From NCBI GenBank assembly GCA_963750995.1, contig CAVVST010000003.1, positions 217,018 to 281,017 on the forward strand: 64,000 nt of DNA. Direction: 5' to 3'. Positions within the stretch are counted from its first letter, which is position 1. Each line of letters opens with the position of its first letter. Positions 63,453 to 64,000 of this stretch are shown here, in pieces. The translations under genes were made by a program, and so were the position numbers. The DNA comes from an uncultured Acidobacteriota bacterium. GTDB lineage: Bacteria > Acidobacteriota > Vicinamibacteria > Vicinamibacterales > UBA2999. The notes beneath the pieces are model-generated. The model was not told the DNA's origin. It did no database searches and saw nothing but the letters and a program-made list of their open reading frames with translations.

Positions 63453-63995
63453 CTATTCCACGACATCAAAGCGCAGACCGCTCGATCCTTCGCCGCGGCC
63501 GACCGTCTTGCGGCGGCCGATCCATAGTAACGGGCTGCCGTCGAACCAGCGGGCGTATTGATAGGAACGGGTGACCCGGCAGCCTTCGCGTGGGATCTCC
63601 TCTTCAAAAATATCGAGCGGGCCGACGCTGGGTTTCAGGATTTGACTCAGCGCGGGTTGAGGTTGCAGCGTTCCGTCCTGACGTAATGTCGCGCCGCGGC
63701 GGAAACGGATCGCTTTTTGGCCCGGCCGAATCTGAACCGGGATGAGGGGAATCCAGTAGCCGGGGACTTCTGTCGACAGCCGCCACGTCAGTGCCCCGTC
63801 ATTGGAGGGTGCGGGCGTGGCGGGCTCGTTGCGGCGCTGTCGGGCGAGGTCGTCGTCGCGTCGATTCAGCGGGCGGCCGGATACGCCTTCGGCAATTCGC
63901 TCCACACCCCAGGCGAGGTTGGCCATTTCATCGCGCAGGAACAGCACCTCGTCGAGCGGTGTGCCTTCCATCGTGCGCTTCAGTGTCGGCGCCAA
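63453..63995 (-). CDS. hypothetical protein at the window edge (possibly 5'-truncated by the window end)
   Basis: 180-aa ORF with a plausible protein-like composition (LFLRDEMANLAWGVE..., WIPLIPVQIRPG...). No family recognised. The reading frame is still open at base 64000. Confidence 0.45.
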   Translation of the reverse strand: MAPTLKRTMEGTPLDEVLFLRDEMANLAWGVERIAEGVSGRPLNRRDDDLARQRRNEPATPAPSNDGALTWRLSTEVPGYWIPLIPVQIRPGQKAIRFRRGATLRQDGTLQPQPALSQILKPSVGPLDIFEEEIPREGCRVTRSYQYARWFDGSPLLWIGRRKTVGRGEGSSGLRFDVVE

Positions 63996-64000
63996 GAATA

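Overview
High-GC bacterial chromosomal window (roughly mid-60s % GC by eye). Gene content suggests an Acidobacteriota-like soil organism (inference): CarboxypepD_reg-type TonB-dependent receptors ending ...FDF, an ECF sigma + Ser/Thr-kinase-TPR pair, and many Sec/Tat-exported hypothetical proteins. I count about 55 protein-coding genes plus at least 9 gene remnants. I recognised no rRNA, tRNA, CRISPR array, transposase or integrase. The content is envelope-directed and highly paralogous: 4 TonB-dependent receptors (TBDRs) plus 1 C-terminal stub; 3 Tat-exported thiamine-diphosphate (ThDP) enzymes, each immediately followed by a c-type cytochrome gene; 6 copies of a small secreted 'A-HH...WxNPH' protein; 5 copies plus 1 fragment of a secreted 'GxWEGDTLVVDT' protein; 2 NHL beta-propellers plus 1 stub; 3 lipocalin-like proteins (one truncated); and 2 class II aldolase copies (one decayed). 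These form recurring cassettes with recombination scars: a clean deletion junction, a 60-bp exact ectopic repeat and orphan domain fragments. Seven single-base frame disruptions hit six otherwise intact genes (ugd, 3 of 4 TBDRs, one NHL gene, the aldolase). Real pseudogenisation and indel sequencing error cannot be separated from sequence alone. The best candidate for an undescribed system is the thrice-repeated Tat-ThDP enzyme + cytochrome c module, two copies of which lie beside TBDR genes. This would be a periplasmic ThDP enzyme wired to cytochrome c, with the co-clustered A-HH and WEGDTL families as uncharacterised periplasmic partners. Other notable items: a pseudo-receiver protein with six 53-aa tandem repeats, a secreted metallo-beta-lactamase-fold protein with an inserted EF-hand pair, an AT-richer amidase apparently inserted into a duplicated segment, and an ECF sigma/Ser-Thr kinase pair.
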